In this document: positions 62,811-64,000 of the stretch, piece after piece
Layout: each line of letters starts with the position of its first letter
Numbering within the stretch: the first letter of the stretch is position 1
Assembly (NCBI GenBank): GCA_044892525.1
Contig: CM097885.1
Span: 9,488,001-9,552,000 of the forward strand
DNA from: Schmidtea polychroa
Taxonomy: Eukaryota
Reading direction: 5' to 3'
DNA length: 64,000 nucleotides
Notes under the pieces: generated by a model
The model's database searches: none
What the model saw: only the letters and a program-made list of their open reading frames with translations
What the model was told of the DNA's origin: nothing
Made by a program: the position numbers and the translations under genes

Positions 62811-64000
62811 TCATGAAAAACAACTTCAAAATGGCCAAATTTGAATGCATTTTTTATGTACCAATGTCGTCAACAGTTTATTTTAAAGAAAATCATAAAA
62901 TTTTGAAATTAAAATCTTTAAACTCTTTAGAAATTTCGCTTAATTGAAAAAGACGTATTTCATTTTAAAAGAATATTACGATTACCAAAATGTTCATTTA
63001 TCACTATAATTTACAAATTTGGAGAAAATATCTTAAAAAATCTAAAAACATTATTCAATAAATAATCACCATTTTTTGCTCAAAATGGATAAATAAAATT
63101 AAAATAAATGGTTAATAATATAATGTTGAACCAGAATACCGATAATTAAAAACAATTCAATTAATTAACGAAAATTAACAAAACGTTTGTCAGCGTAAAG
63201 CCACACACCATGAAAACCACAACAAGTTACTAAAGATCTACAAATAAAACACCAAATAAACAAGAAATTAAACAAGAACCCCTAATTAAAAATAAAAAAC
63301 CCAAAAACCGAGTAAAAGGAATAAAACCTTTAAAACACAAAATTAAATCAAGAAAAATAGAAATCAAAAATCATTTAAAAAACTCTTCATAATATTAATA
63401 TGTTTTTTACTTAAACTTTGATAAAAGATTAAATTGCGGGAGATTAGCCTCATTAATTTTTAAATCTTGAAAATATTTATTTAATTATATAATAAATTTA
63501 ACAATAATAAATAATATTAGTGAGCATATTAGTGAGCACAAAAGGGCTGTAAGATTAAAATAGGTATGTTATTAAAAAATTTCGATAATTATTGGGAACG
63601 TGTGATTTGTGAGGCGTTGTTGATAAAGTCATAGAATCCAAAAATTAATGTGCAGAATGCAGTGAATATTTGTATTTTAAATGTTTTTAAATAATTTTTT
63701 TTCTTGTATATTGTATGTATTGATTGTTGTGTTAAATTAAATAATTAATAAAATTTTTTAAATTATTAAATTAAATTTTGAATGTTTAAAATTTTTAAAA
63801 ATAATATATTAATTTAATTATAATTTTAAAGTAATAATTAAATGTTTTTATTAAATAAAAAGTTTTTATATAATTAATAAATTTGTTTAAAATCCTTAAT
63901 TTACATAGTTATTATATCCCATCTGATGATGACAGGAAAACTGTCGAAATATATCGTGAAAAGAATGTTTGATTGGCGTTATCTTATAATTAAATGATTG
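62811..64000. mobile_element. Penelope-like element remnant, copy 2 (runs off the window)
   Basis: Direct repeat of 40912-42101 with small indels. Confidence 0.7.
63920..63958 (+). ncRNA. Minimal type I hammerhead ribozyme, copy 2
   Basis: CAT-CTGATGA-T-GACAGGAAAACTGTC-GAAA-TATA-TC-GTG. The C>T change in stem I still allows a U-G pair. Confidence 0.78.

Overview
Very AT-rich eukaryotic, probably invertebrate animal, genomic DNA. Two host genes have many ~40-70 bp GT-AG introns plus a few large introns filled with mobile elements. (1) A CCDC78-like (DUF4472 coiled-coil) gene on + runs from 16173 to 34930, probably with a divergent kinesin-like N-terminal part from about 7245. (2) An MFS transporter of the oxalate:formate antiporter/MCT-like type on + runs from 39501 to at least 60499. 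The first 35 kb holds four related Polinton/Maverick (adintovirus-like) elements with AGTAGT...ACTACT-type ends: a short right end at 1-229; an element with a 5'-truncated, frameshifted protein-primed PolB ending at 5334; a left-end remnant with an IAP-type RING ORF at 8120-14613; and a 12.3-kb giant palindrome at 22356-34649. The palindrome has ~5.7-5.9 kb arms, a ~650 bp spacer, an exact 6-bp TSD (ATTTAT) and no intact gene. It sits in one CCDC78 intron, and each arm carries a strongly base-paired GC-richer segment that may be an ncRNA. The rest of the window has decayed Ty3/Gypsy, hAT, piggyBac, Merlin-like and Penelope-like elements (the last with two minimal hammerhead ribozymes), an HSP90 pseudogene fragment and several foldback structures. 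All calls were made by eye and no searches were run.
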